A DNA stretch of 64,000 nucleotides from Mytilus edulis (Eukaryota), in assembly GCF_963676685.1 (NCBI RefSeq), contig NC_092353.1, forward strand, positions 36,518,001 to 36,582,000. The letters run 5' to 3'. This document shows, piece by piece, positions 1 through 11,661 of the stretch (position 1 is the stretch's first letter; every line of letters begins with the position of its first letter). Under the pieces are notes generated by a model. It ran no database searches. It saw nothing but the letters and a program-made list of their open reading frames with translations, and was not told where the DNA came from. Position numbers and translations under genes: made by a program.

Positions 1-632
1 TATTTAGTTCTCATGTGAAAACCAATTTTAATCCATATAGTATTACAATTGTCTATTTTATTGTTTGCATTTAATCATACAATAGTCCTTAAATGAAAAT
101 ATTTCAAGTTTAACAACAATAGATATTTTTCAAATCAAGCGAACACGTATTGAAAATGTCTCTTTTCATACTAGTAAACAAGAATGACACCATAGTATAT
201 TATGTTACAACACCTTTTGATAATCATCAAGGCGATTGAAAACTATATTTGAGGTTTGAAACATAACACTTCGCAATCTGATATATATATATATAGTATT
301 CTATTTTTATACACAATTTGTTTCACTGCCAACATTCTTGATTTGGTTGTAAGCATGTCTATTGTGTTATATTGAAAAATGAATAGAATAAAGTCAAAAG
401 TTCAATTTAAACTAAAAGACAACAATAAAAACAAATATAAGTTGTGATTTCCTTAGTTGATAAAGTGAATGTAACGATAACTCTTTAGGTTTTTATTGTA
501 TTCCATGTCCGTAACAACATAGAGATATCGAAGAGATTTGGCCAAATTATTTATGTTTACCCTCTTCCAAATACATTGTAGAGCGGAAAAAAAGGATTCA
601 GAACTAATATAAATTTTTTCCAGCTTACAGCA

Positions 633-1814
633 ATGTACAGAATCAAAAGGACAAACGAATACTCAAAATATACGGTAGATTCAGATAGTGATGATGATTA
701 CATTGAAGATAAACAAAGCTTGAAAAGCTATCCTCAACCAAGACGCGCAATGACAATAGTGACAACTAGGTCAGCCCCTGAACAGCGTCCTAAGAGAATT
801 GTCAAAAGGTATGTTGCTCCTCGAAAGAGAGAATTAGGAGGAGACCGCATTATGTATCCATCAAATCGATGCATTAGAAGTCTTAATTTAAAAAAGGAAA
901 GTGAAGCTATTCTTTCTTCTGTTTATTACAGAGATAACGAACACAGTAAAGTCAAGGTCATTCGATCAGAACCTATAAATAAACGGATTAATGAAGCATG
1001 TTATTCGTCCCGAAAAAAGAAACCCGAAAAACTTTCATATTTTTCTCCGCCATTGCGATTTAATACCAGGGTAAATTCGGGAAGTGGAAGTTTAACTGGC
1101 TCTTCAACTGCTTACAGTGACAGTACTCATACCAAAGTGAAAACCAAACGGTTTGAAAGAAGAATTGAAAGTTTTTCAAGTTCATCGAAAAGACCCATCA
1201 TACCTTATCACATAATTGGAAAATCCGCTGACAGCTTCGCAAAACGGATGATGATGACTGAAGTTGTATCATCTTTAAAAGATGAAACAGTTACCAAGGT
1301 GGTCGGTAGACCTGATGATATTCTTCAACATAAGATAGAATGTATTCCTCCAAAGGAAGTTTCTGACTGTCAAAAACAAGGAAGCAATCTGACCCATCAA
1401 ACCCAACAGGTAATCAAAAACAATTCTGGTGTAAATTTTATCCGACCCTATAGTGAACTTTATGAACTAAAGGATCAAGTTGAGAACAAGAGTGATTCAG
1501 CGGATAAACCGAAATCTTGCAACAGAATAAATCAGAAAAAGTCTTTTGAAAATTACTCTTTTTCAAGATTGAGTGAAAGTTCCGAATCAGTTGAAAGTGA
1601 TGGAAATACAACAGACAGCTCTGCAAATCAACATAGTGTCATGCACAAAACCACGTCTGCGAGGTCAAATCCGACAATATGTCTTCACGTGGACTACTCG
1701 AAAGTGTTAGAATCCAGAGAGAAAGAAGAACCCGACAACATTGAAGTTAAGATATATTACGATGAGGATTTTGAATCAATATATCCGAAGCTACATAAAA
1801 AAAGTCCAAAGTAA
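633..1814 (+). CDS. Family-A large disordered Ser/Lys/Arg-rich exon, copy A1 (truncated paralogue of 36638 gene; possibly pseudogene)
   Basis: 393-aa ORF shares blocks with ORFs 13905 and 36638 (SYPQ.R, RIMYPS, FIRPY, SES..SDG.TTDSS, VDYSK, PDNI.VKIYYDE.FES.YP). It lacks a long internal segment present in A3. Homology to A3 continues past the TAA to about 1905 with a frameshift. Confidence 0.7.
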   Translation: MYRIKRTNEYSKYTVDSDSDDDYIEDKQSLKSYPQPRRAMTIVTTRSAPEQRPKRIVKRYVAPRKRELGGDRIMYPSNRCIRSLNLKKESEAILSSVYYRDNEHSKVKVIRSEPINKRINEACYSSRKKKPEKLSYFSPPLRFNTRVNSGSGSLTGSSTAYSDSTHTKVKTKRFERRIESFSSSSKRPIIPYHIIGKSADSFAKRMMMTEVVSSLKDETVTKVVGRPDDILQHKIECIPPKEVSDCQKQGSNLTHQTQQVIKNNSGVNFIRPYSELYELKDQVENKSDSADKPKSCNRINQKKSFENYSFSRLSESSESVESDGNTTDSSANQHSVMHKTTSARSNPTICLHVDYSKVLESREKEEPDNIEVKIYYDEDFESIYPKLHKKSPK

Positions 1815-2034
1815 GTTGTTGATACAGATTTCAGACCACCCACAGAAATACTAGAACTGAAACATTTGACTTATTTGAACGTCATATTGTACCACAACTA
1901 AAGTTAAATAGTAAAAAAAAGATGTGATACACATCCCAATGTTGTAAGTTAAAATACAAAATGATTACTACTTTTGGGTTGACTTCTATATAAGTACCAT
2001 CATTATCCCTTTGCTTCACGTTTGATTTAAGCTG

Positions 2035-2125
2035 TTTTGATCTGAACGTCACTGATGAGTCTTATGTAGACGAAATGAGCGTTTGGCGAATTAAATCCTA
2101 ACTCTGGTACCTTTGATAACTATTT
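2035..2125 (+). repeat. Solitary degenerate retrozyme fragment with hammerhead core
   Basis: cgtca-CTGATGA-gtcttatgtagac-GAAA-tgagcgtttggcg...ggtacctttgataactattt is the reverse complement of the unit in the 2947-4216 array. Stem III and the cleavage triplet are mutated. Confidence 0.8.
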
Positions 2126-2980
2126 GATATATTAACGATGTTTCCTTACTAAATATGCATAGTTATATCTTTGTATATTGCTTTTAGTCTATAATTTAAC
2201 CATGATTATCGGTTGAGCACTTAACCTAACAATGACAGATATGATATCAGTTTTCTTTTTGGGACCTTTTGATTTAGATGCAGTAAAAGTTCAGACGCGC
2301 CTGAAATAGAATATATACCAGAGCTTACATTTCATGACATGGTTTAATTATGTTATGCTATGGAACAAAGAGTTTACAACAAAAGTTTAAATGTTTAATG
2401 GACGCTTTAATAATTTGCTTGATCACCGTCATGAAATGTGTGTGTCAAAGATGACAACGTCCATGTATAAATTCAAATTGTTGTGCCAGTAGCGACAATA
2501 AAATCTGTGTTTTTCTCAACTCTGTCATCTTTAAATGTAACGCATAACTTTCATTGTAGTTGCATAAGCAACAAAAGTTGATAACTAGTCCGGAGCACAT
2601 GAGTTCAATTATAGTTTTTGATGAGGTTTGTGTTCCTTGGTCTAAAGTTTTACTGTATAGTGAACAGTACTTTAGTAGGCTTTTTCACAAATTTTTTTTG
2701 CAATGTCATTGTTATTGTTTGTATCAATTTCTTGATATCTTGGTTTGTGTGTTTCTGCTTGAGTAAGAATGAATGTTACACAATGTGGAGTGCTGTACCA
2801 CTAATTTTTACATGATATCTATTATGCTTGTATGTTTTGTTCGCACATTGTAATTTATATAATGCGAATTCAACAAGTGAGTTGTTTAGATAGCTATCAA
2901 TCAAGGTTTAATCCAAAATTGTCAACATAAGAAAATGCCTGTACCAATAGTTATCAAAGGTACCAGGATTATAATTTAGT

Positions 2981-3026
2981 ACGCCAGACGCGAGTTTCGT
3001 CTTTATAAGACTCATCAGTGACGCTC
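2981..3026 (-). ncRNA. Type I hammerhead ribozyme, copy 1 (stem III loop UCGC variant)
   Basis: Conserved CUGAUGA and GAAA boxes with a GUC triplet. Predicted cleavage between 2987 and 2986. Confidence 0.8.
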
Positions 3027-3328
3027 ATATCAAAATATTTATAAAGCCAAACTAGTACAAAGTTGAAGAGCATTGAGGATTCCTAAACGTTGTGCCAAAT
3101 ACGGCTACGGTAATCTATGCCTGGGATAAGAAAATCCTAAGTTTTTCGAAAAATTCAAAGTTTTTTAGACAGGAAATTTATAAAAATGACCACATTATTG
3201 ATATTCATGTCAACACCGAAGTGTTGACTACTGGGCTGGTGATACCCTCGGGGACGAAACGTCCATCAGCAGTGGCATCGACCCAGTGGTGTAAATGGTT
3301 ATCAAAATTACCAGGATTATAATTTAGT

Positions 3329-3374
3329 ACGCCAGACGCGCGTTTCGTCTTCATAAGACTCATCAGTGACGCTC
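3329..3374 (-). ncRNA. Type I hammerhead ribozyme, copy 2 (intact)
   Basis: GAGCGUCA-CUGAUGA-GUCUUAUGAAGAC-GAAA-CGCGC-GUC-UGGCGU. Stems I and II pair and stem III is minimal with a GCGC palindrome. Predicted cleavage 3335/3334. Confidence 0.88.
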
Positions 3375-3683
3375 ATATCAAAATATTTATAAAGCCAAAC
3401 TAGTACAAAGTTGAAGAGCATTGAGGATCCAAAATTCCAAAAAGTTGTGCTAAATACGGCTAAGGTAGTCTATGCCTGGGATAAGAAAATCCTAAGTTTT
3501 TCGAAAAATTCAAAGTTTTTTAGACAGGAAATTTATAAAAATGACCACATTATTGATATTCATGTCAACACCGAAGTGTTGACTACTGGGCTGGTGATAC
3601 TCTCGGGGACGAAACGTCCATCAGCAGTGGCATCGACCCAGTGGTGTAAATGGTTATCAAAGGTACCAGGATTATAATTTAGT

Positions 3684-3727
3684 ACGCCAGACGCGCGTTT
3701 CGTCTTCATAAGACTCATCAGTGGCTT
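3684..3727 (-). ncRNA. Type I hammerhead ribozyme, copy 3 (stem I 5' strand altered)
   Basis: Core intact. The plus strand reads gtggctttat instead of gtgacgctcat. Confidence 0.7.
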
Positions 3728-4037
3728 TATATCAAAATATTTATAAAGCCAAACTAGTACAAAGTTGAAGAGCATTGAGGATCCAAAATTCCAAAAAGTT
3801 GTGCCAAATACGGCTAAGGTAATCTATGCCTGGGATAAGAAAATCCTAAGTTTTTCGAAAAATTCAAAGTTTTTTAGACAGGAAATTTATAAAAATGATC
3901 ACATTATTGATATTCATGTCAACACCGAAGTGTTGACTACTGGAATGGTGATAACATCGGGGACGAAACGTCCACTAGCAGTGGCATCGACCCAGTGGTG
4001 TAAATGGTTATCAAAGGTACCAGGATTATAATTTAGT

Positions 4038-4083
4038 ACGCCAGACGCGCGTTTCGTCTTCAGAAGACTCATCAGTGACGCTC
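4038..4083 (-). ncRNA. Type I hammerhead ribozyme, copy 4 (intact)
   Basis: Same core as copy 2 with a loop II variant. Predicted cleavage 4044/4043. Confidence 0.88.
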
Positions 4084-5182
4084 ATATCAAAATATTTATA
4101 AAGCCAAACTAGTACAAAGTTGAAGAGCATTGAGGATCCAAAATTCCAAAAAGTTGTGCCAAATACGGCTAAGGTTATCTGTGCCTGGGATAAGAAACGT
4201 CCACCAGCAGTGGCATGTAAGGACTATAACAGTTGTTAACCATTCGTTTGATGTGTTTAAGTTTTGATTCTAATATCTGATTAAGGACTTTCCATTTAAT
4301 TTCCTCGGATTCTGGTGTGTTTGGTATTTTACTTTTTCCATACTTCTTTTGTCTCTGTTGTTCACTAACACGGCAGTTAAATAGTCTTTCTAACTTGGCA
4401 TGATCAGCAATCAAACCATTTTCAAAGTTAAAAAGACAATCGTTTAACAGTCTACAGTTGACATTTATATACACTTATATCGATAATGTGAAAACAAATA
4501 CGGTGCTGTGGTTAGACTCCAAATCAGACAAATATCTACTAGAGACTGAGCGACGTCGTTATAAGCAATACTTTGCCATCGTACAGTCACCAACGTCAAT
4601 GTGCAAAACCAAGACAGTATAGTTAGCTATACCCTTACAATATATTTGAAGGAGTATCAAAAATTAAAAGAAAGTTATGTTCACCCCTTTTGAAGAGTTT
4701 GATACACCATCCAAATTGAAAAAGAAAAATACATTATTGAATTTACTCTGTCTCCAAAAACACTATTGGTAATATTCTTTATAGAAGAAAAAAAAGAAAA
4801 ACTGGTCTCAAATCTTGTTTTTTTTTTTAAAGAAATCTTCATTTCTTCTTGAAATCTTCACTCTGGCAAAATTCTACATGCACGTTTATGATTACAATTT
4901 TGAAATAAGGGATAAGCCTTTAGGCTGAGTTCCATTATCATTTATTTCCAGTTACTTAATTACATATCACTAACCGTTGCAGATATGTAGCAAGGGAAAT
5001 AATCAAAGTATTTAGTTTCAAAATTCTAAAGCACACTGACTGTTCAAATAGTCAGCTGTCTATATTTCACGATTGCTTTTCTTTTCATTTTACTTATCTC
5101 ATGCTCTGAATATAACTGGATCAGTTGAGAAACTAGAGAATACATATCTTATCACTATTTGTTAAATCGTTCATTCTTAATC

Positions 5183-5494
5183 ATGCACATATTATGTAGT
5201 ATAGTGCTGGCATTACACGTCATTCATTCTGACGTTGTTCGTGCAAACAACAAAACTAGTTTAGAAAATAAGCGACTTTTATTAAATGACCCTGATGTTA
5301 CGGCTTCGAGGTTGTCAAGTGTTGAGAAATCATTGCAAGATATGATTGGACTAACACAACACTGCAGAAACAAAATTCAAACATGCAGACAACCATAGCA
5401 CATCTTGAGGCAACCCTCGTGAAGGAGACGTCTAAACGTTTGGATTTTCAGAAGAACCTGTCTCAACTACAAACCAAACTTGCTCAGGAGAAAG
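5183..5494 (+). CDS. Short-chain collagen C4-like secreted protein, exon 1 (signal peptide + coiled coil; apparent 1-bp frameshift near 5358)
   Basis: MHILCSIVLALHVIHS signal-like start, then KRLLLNDPD. A heptad-like frame (TLQKQNSNMQTTIAHLEATLVKE...LAQEK) resumes in a different frame and ends at a phase-1 donor aaag|gtaaag. Confidence 0.7.
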
Positions 5495-6067
5495 GTAAAG
5501 TTTCTCAATCATTGTTGCATGGTAATTAGCTGCATCCATCCGTATTTGATTTGTAAGTCTTTCTTTGGGGTTTTTAGCGGAATTTCCAAACGTTTGGATA
5601 TATTTGTTAGATTGATTATAAACTGTATAAAGATAAACTGATCTTTGGTCCTTGATTCTACGAATAAACAAAATTCATACACGCTGTAGATAAAAAAAAT
5701 TGTTTAACCAAGAACCCATTCAACTTTTAAATAGCTGTATAGTTAGGTCACAATTGTGCGGAAAATGTGCATTTCACCACGAAAAAATCATTTTGAAGGT
5801 AAAATAAAATTTCGGACTAAGAAGATAAATAAATAGACAATAAGTCTCTCAAGTAATTGGTACAAGATATGTTCCGGAGGTAAGCGAAAAGGAATTTTAT
5901 TTCAAATGTTTCAATTCGACTTTTTAGCTGAGACAAAAGTAACTGGTATGAAGACTTAATATCTTAAATTCTAATTCACATGATAAGTGTTTAAATTTTT
6001 TCCTGTTTCTTGTACAAAATTAACTTTTGATCTATTTTGTTTTCTTTTGTTATTAAACCATTAACAG

Positions 6068-6139
6068 ATCCAGGATCTACATATGTTCGTTGGGGACGTA
6101 AACAATGTGCTGGAGTAAACACAGACTTAGTTTACACAG
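6068..6139 (+). CDS. Short-chain collagen C4-like protein, exon 2
   Basis: ttaacag| DPGSTYVRWGRKQCAGVNTDLVYTG |gtaatg. YVRWGR..C is the family hallmark. Phase 1/1. Confidence 0.85.
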
Positions 6140-6430
6140 GTAATGTATATGAACTTGTTTATTACTTACATTTATCAAAAGGGATTTTTTTTAATGACTC
6201 GTAGACGTTCAACAATTTGACCGTTGGATGTGTGCCGCTATCATTGTTTTTATTCTGCTTCCATTTGACGTACTGTAACGCTGTTAGGTAAAGGGTGTTA
6301 CAAATTCAAATTCAAATATATTTTATTGCTAATCAAAGCGCCCGCAAGGAGCAGAACAATCAACATTAATTACATACAAATGATTACAAGTGATTCAATA
6401 TGATTAAGATACAATGTTATAAATATATAT

Positions 6431-6660
6431 AGTACGCCGCTAGATTAAAACTGAAGTGGAAAGGTAACACATGCCCACCGAAAGCTCTTTTTTTGAGAGC
6501 CCAGGTGGTCGTGTGGTCTAGCGGGACGGCTGCAGTGCAGGCGATTTGGTGTCACGATATCACAGTAGCATGGGTTCGAATCCCGGCGAGGGAAGAACCA
6601 AAAATTTGCGAAAGCAAATTTACAGATCTAACATTGTTGGGTTGATGTTTAGACGAGTTG
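6431..6660 (+). mobile_element. tRNA-derived SINE-like element inserted in a (TA)n tract of the LINE 3' UTR
   Basis: Pol III A-box-like TGGTCGTGTGG (~6506) and B-box GGTTCGAATCC (~6573). Hairpin aaatttgc-gaaa-gcaaattt. Flanked by TA repeats. Confidence 0.65.
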
Positions 6661-6708
6661 TATATATATATATATATATACAACTCGTCTAAACATCAAC
6701 CCAACAAT
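6633..6708. repeat. Perfect 76-bp palindrome centred on (TA)10
   Basis: attgttgggttgatgtttagacgagttg-(ta)10-caactcgtctaaacatcaacccaacaat. Confidence 0.95.
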
Positions 6709-8716
6709 ATATATATATATATTTATTAAGACAAGTAGAAGAATACAACAAGCACAGTGTTTAATAATATAACTAGGTTAAAAAAAAGTCACTGGGCATT
6801 ACTATATCTATATATCATTTAAGGAAACTTTCCTATATGAGGATAAATTTTCCAATAATTCTCCGAGTTTCTAGAGTATGAAAATATCTTCAGAGGACAT
6901 TAGCCAAATAAATTGTGATTTAATATCTAAACCACTAAAATTTTCAAACCGTTGTTTTATTTCATTTAAAAAGTTGAAACGAATATTTGAAAGTTTGTGG
7001 CACTGAAGAAGAAAATGAATTTCATCCTCAACCTCAGTACCACACAATTTACAGATACGTTCTGACACTGTCAGATTTTTGTACCTTCCCCTCTCAACCT
7101 CTAAATCGTGAGCCCTGATACGGAATTTCGTTAAATAATGTCTATATCTAAAATCCTGCAAAAGGTAATTTTCTAAGCAAAATCTGCTTTTAAAAAGTCT
7201 ATAAGTTCTAAGCTTGTTACCATATAGTTTATTGCCTCTGAAATCATTATTAAGCTCAGTTTTCCATATTAAATCATATTTTGATTGCATCATTTTGCAT
7301 AAATAGTTTTTTAACTTCGTCTTTAAATTAAGTGCATAATTTTCATTGATGCTAAAGTATTTAAATAAAGTTTGAATACTGGTATACCAGCTCTTTTTCT
7401 GCTCATCATGTAGAGATTTTGAGAGGTTGAAAGCCTCTTTTAATAATAAATCATCAGATTTTTTTAAACGTATATAGTATTTAAACATAAAACCTCCAAA
7501 AATAAAGGATATCTGCCCAGTTCATCCATAACTGCAATATTTGTTGCTTTTTCACTTACTCCAAGTATAAATTTACATAAGCTTAAATGAGCCTTCTCTA
7601 CTGCCAGGTCTCCACATAGTTTTTTGAAATAGTTATCCCCTTGAGTGTTTAGTTTGTGAAAGTTAATGTCACCCCATATTTCACTGCCATACATTAATAC
7701 TGATTTAACTGTATGGTCAAAAACATGAAGTAGTGTTTTTATTTTTGGTTTATGACCTGAGAAACATTTTTTTTAGTTTAAATAAGGCCTTTAGCCCTTT
7801 ATTTTTTTAATTTAAATAAGGCCTTTAGCCCTTTATTATACATTTCATGTTGGGCATCTGTAAATTTGCCATTAATACTAAACTTGACACCAAAGTAGGT
7901 ATAATTTTTTGTGTTCGTTAGGGGGGGGGGGGGTATTATTTAAATGAAATTGAGTAGAAAGAAGTCTACCAGAATTACTAAAAATCATGACTTTGGATTA
8001 AGTAATATTAACTTCCAGTCCCCAATTATTGCAATAGATCTGTAGTTTATCAAGACATTCTTGTAGACCCCTAGGAGTTTCAGAAAGCAAAATTAGATCA
8101 TCTGCATACATCAGACAATTACGTTTTGTATTATTTAGTTTAACTGGAAAGCAATCTTCATCAAATATATCTGGAATATCATTAACAAAAATGTGGTATA
8201 AGATGTATAAGATAATTACAGTAATTAATAAAACAGATATAGAATGTATTGTATAAAGGTTCATGAGACGACATTTCAACAACACAGTGTAAATGGTCGT
8301 GTCAAGTCTTTTCTGTCTGTGAACTTAAAAATGCATATTGTTTCTGCTCGAAATTAATTGAATAAGAATCTGTACTTGTCATATTGATTGTAGATGTTTC
8401 GGTGGTTTTTGTGACTTATGATAATACGGATGTTGCTTTTCTATCTAAGATGACGCGTATGAATTGAAAATAATACGAACCGCTTTCTGCTTTCTTCAAT
8501 AAGGACGTTCAAATTTATAAACGTTTTAACAAAAACAAATAGTTGTAAATACATATAGCAGAGCAGCATACATGCATTTAACTTATTACATGTAAATACG
8601 GTTGTAACAGACTAGACAATCGAGCACCTAAAATCAAATGTATCTTACATTAAGACAATTGTACTATTACCAAAGTCACTATGATGATGTGTGATATATT
8701 TAAATCGTAATTGTAG

Positions 8717-9189
8717 GTTTTACAGCCGGACAGGAATACTTAACATCTTCAACATCTGCCGGAGGGCCTTCTAATATATTGTGTCTTCCAAATAATCCTG
8801 AACTTAGTAACCGAACAGCTCCTGGAAACAGTATTTTGGCGGGATCAGAATATGAAGAGGGAAATTATTTTATTAGAGGTGCCCAGGATGAAGATGCTCC
8901 ATGTGCTCTGTGTAGAAGCAGAAACACTTCATCCGCTGTGATGATTCCTGGTAGGATAACGTGTTATGATGGATGGAACATGGAATATTATGGAGTTTTG
9001 GCATCTGGATACTACGGCCATAGACCGTCATCGTTCATCTGCATCGATAGTCTGCCAGAATTTATACAAGGCGGACAAGATAATAAAAATGGCTTCCTCC
9101 TCTATCCAACATCGACTAAGTGTGGATCATTGCCATGCCCGCCATATGGAGACAACCTAGCAGTAAACTGTGTTGTTTGCTCGAAATAA
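8717..9189 (+). CDS. Short-chain collagen C4-like protein, exon 3 (Cys-rich C-terminal domain)
   Basis: ttgtag| GFTAG...NILCLP...GSEYE...DAPCALC...MIPGRITCYDGWNMEYYGVL...FICID..PE...CGSLPCPPY...CVVCSK*. AATAAA overlaps the stop. Confidence 0.88.
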
Positions 9190-10384
9190 AAATAATAACT
9201 GTGTTTGTTTTCATTCTGTTTTCAAACTAAAAACATATAAATAAGAAATATTATTCTACTAAAGACCATAAAAAATGCATTAAAACAACGGTAGAAACTT
9301 GTTGTTCGATTGGTTTTAATATATACATTGGACTTGTCGAATATTGAAAAAGAGGCTAAGTTAACAAGTTACAATTACCTTAATACCTCATTAAAATATT
9401 TGTCGTGAATGACAAATGTGGTGCCAATGACGTTAAAAATTACTTTAACTAACACTACCCAATTGGCATCGAAAACATGTTGTATTTACTTCACATAATT
9501 CCAAAAGGTACACATATTATAATGCCATGATGTATGTACGTAATTTTCATATCTAAAATTGTACTATCCAATGTTCCACTCAAATAGACGTTTTCATTTT
9601 TTTTTTTCAATTCATGGTTGCACTCATGTATCAATAATAGAGCTTAAAAGCCTAGGTTATTGTTTATGCTGAAAAAGCTGTTTGAAATTAAAAATGGCGT
9701 GAAAGAAGTGACACACGCTGTATTGAACTTTAATATGTAAATCAGCTGGGTGGTGTCTACGACACAAAAAGAACATTTTGCTCAGTCATCTTAGATATAG
9801 ATATTCTATAGCTCTTAACCGAACCTTAAAAATTGCTGAAGAAAATATTCCAACTTTACAGCTGAGAACTATTGTTTTAATAGCTTCCTTTTAATCACCA
9901 CCATAAGGACATCTTAATCGGGAACATAAGCCACATTATATTGTATGAATTGAAGAAATATACTCCATATGAACGGGGATACAACATATACATAAAAGTA
10001 GAAATTTCGGTTCCAGTGGTTTCATTTCTTCTGATCAATGAAAAAATCAAATGAGGCCTTGTACATACAAGTGGAACATGTAGCACCGCTTTGTGCATCT
10101 TATTTTATTTACTGATTGGCATACTGTTAATTCAGATATAATTACGAAGTTTTTATTATTCTGAAAAAAAGGATAGAATAAATTAGTTTGGAAAAAATAT
10201 AACCCACCATAATAGTATTTTTTCTTTGTAGCATTTTCTGAAATCGCAATGACTTATCTTGCATTTTGTTCTCTGTTTAATAATTCATACAAAAATGCAC
10301 CCAACAATTTTTTGAATTTATAGAAGTTCAAATTTATGCTTTAAGAAAGGAATTTAAAATTATCAATTTTTCCTGTTTGGATTG

Positions 10385-10542
10385 ACGTGTTGTTGTTTGT
10401 TGCACTTCTATGTTCTGGTATTTTTCTTATAATTGATGTGTATCCCTCCGCTTTAGTTTGTAACCCGGATTTGTTTTCTCTCAATCGATTTATGACGATT
10501 TATAACTTTTGAACAGCGGTATACTGATGTTGCCTTTATTTG
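10385..10542 (-). repeat. Dispersed repeat, inverted copy of 34810-34950
   Basis: tttagtttgtaacccggattt...tctcaatcgattta...gaacagcggtatact is the reverse complement of agtataccgctgttcg...atcgattgagaag...aaatccgggttgcaaactaaa. Confidence 0.75.
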
Positions 10543-11178
10543 TCGGTGGCTATTGATATCACTTCAAATACCTAATTGTTTCACAAATTTCAATACAATT
10601 TATATAAGACTTCAGATTTTGGCCTGGAGCTTAACATTGTAAGTTTACTTGTTGTTTCTGATTAATAAAAAAAAAAGCGCAGACTTGCCGAGGAGTATTT
10701 TCCATTACAACAGATGAAATCCTATTTATTTCTGTAGATTCATCATAATTTCTGTAATCGATGGTCAGTCTTTTTTCATGATTAGTGAAAGGTATTGCCG
10801 ATCTTCCATGTAGCCGTGTCACTCATGATCAAATTTCGAATTTAAAGAATTGTATCGACGGTGCTATAAGGGAAAGAAAGATAGTAATTTGAAGTAACAG
10901 ATCAACTATATAGATGTATATATGTTTGGTATGAAAAACAAAGTTACTTGTATGTGTATATTTCGACTATGGGTTTTTAACTATGTTTCTTTTTTGTAAT
11001 AATGACTTCTGGTATGGGAGTATAAATTAGATATGATAAAGTGTGTTCATACTTTGCCAACAAGTAGTATAGTATAATTTGCGATATGTTCAAAAATATG
11101 ATAAAAATGATAGTCAACAAGCTTCTTCACAGTCAAGCTCTAGATTATGAAAATTTCTGTTTTATAGATCCTCCCCAC

Positions 11179-11207
11179 CACACACACACACACACACACA
11201 CACACAC
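11179..11207. repeat. (CA)n microsatellite
   Basis: Uninterrupted CA run. Confidence 0.95.
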
Positions 11208-11661
11208 CAAATAATACGCTAATTTTAAAACATTGAAAATCAAGTAAAGTTAACTTTCGATTGTAGAAATAATAGTAATGATATGTTTAGATATTATATA
11301 TTTTATTTAATTCAAAATTCACATTGATAATTGCATTCCTGCATCAAATTTTGTTGACTTGATTATAATACAGAACCTATTGTGCTGTGCTATTTTATAT
11401 GTTAAGACAACGAAAGACACCCGTATTACCTTAAACATGATTAAAAAAAATAAATGTACAAACGTATAACTATAAATAGGATATTATGATCATCGATTAA
11501 CAATAAAAAAAATTAAAGTATATTGATTTACTTCCCTTTCTCTGATAAACAAACGTATACATTATTAGTATTGAAATTGCAGTTTAGTAGTACTGCACTA
11601 CTACTAACACACTATATAATTGTCTTGGAACTGTCTAAGTGTAAATAATATGGATATTTAA

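Larger units (their letters stand above)
2947..4216 (-). mobile_element. Tandem array (~3.5 units of ~355 bp) of a non-LTR retrozyme-type repeat carrying type I hammerhead ribozymes
   Basis: Near-identical direct repeats with periods 348, 355 and 354 bp. Each contains, on the minus strand, gcgtca-CTGATGA-gtct(n)agac-GAAA-c-gcgc-GTC-tggcgt. The array interrupts another dispersed repeat (…gaaaatgcctgtaccaa | gtaaggactataacagttg…). Confidence 0.9.
6301..8190 (-). mobile_element. 5'-truncated, frameshifted RTE-X-like LINE in intron 2 of the C4-like gene
   Basis: Minus-strand fragments LMYADDLILLSET, YGSEIWG, ELGRYPL, KLRTYRLFK and CKLC..EVEDEIHFLLQC are collinear with ORF 19302. It has a (TTTGAA)n tail at 6301-6316 like the element ending at 23098. 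Confidence 0.88.

Noticed and set aside
3092-4031. Three near-identical 76-88 aa ORFs
   Set aside because: They are translations of the non-coding retrozyme repeat, start at GTG or TTG, and have no protein features.
2947-4216. CRISPR-like or satellite array
   Set aside because: The units are ~355-bp full repeats with no unique spacers, and the hammerhead cores explain them.
6499-6592. Functional tRNA gene
   Set aside because: A and B boxes are present but I could not form a good acceptor or anticodon stem, and it is embedded in a repeat.
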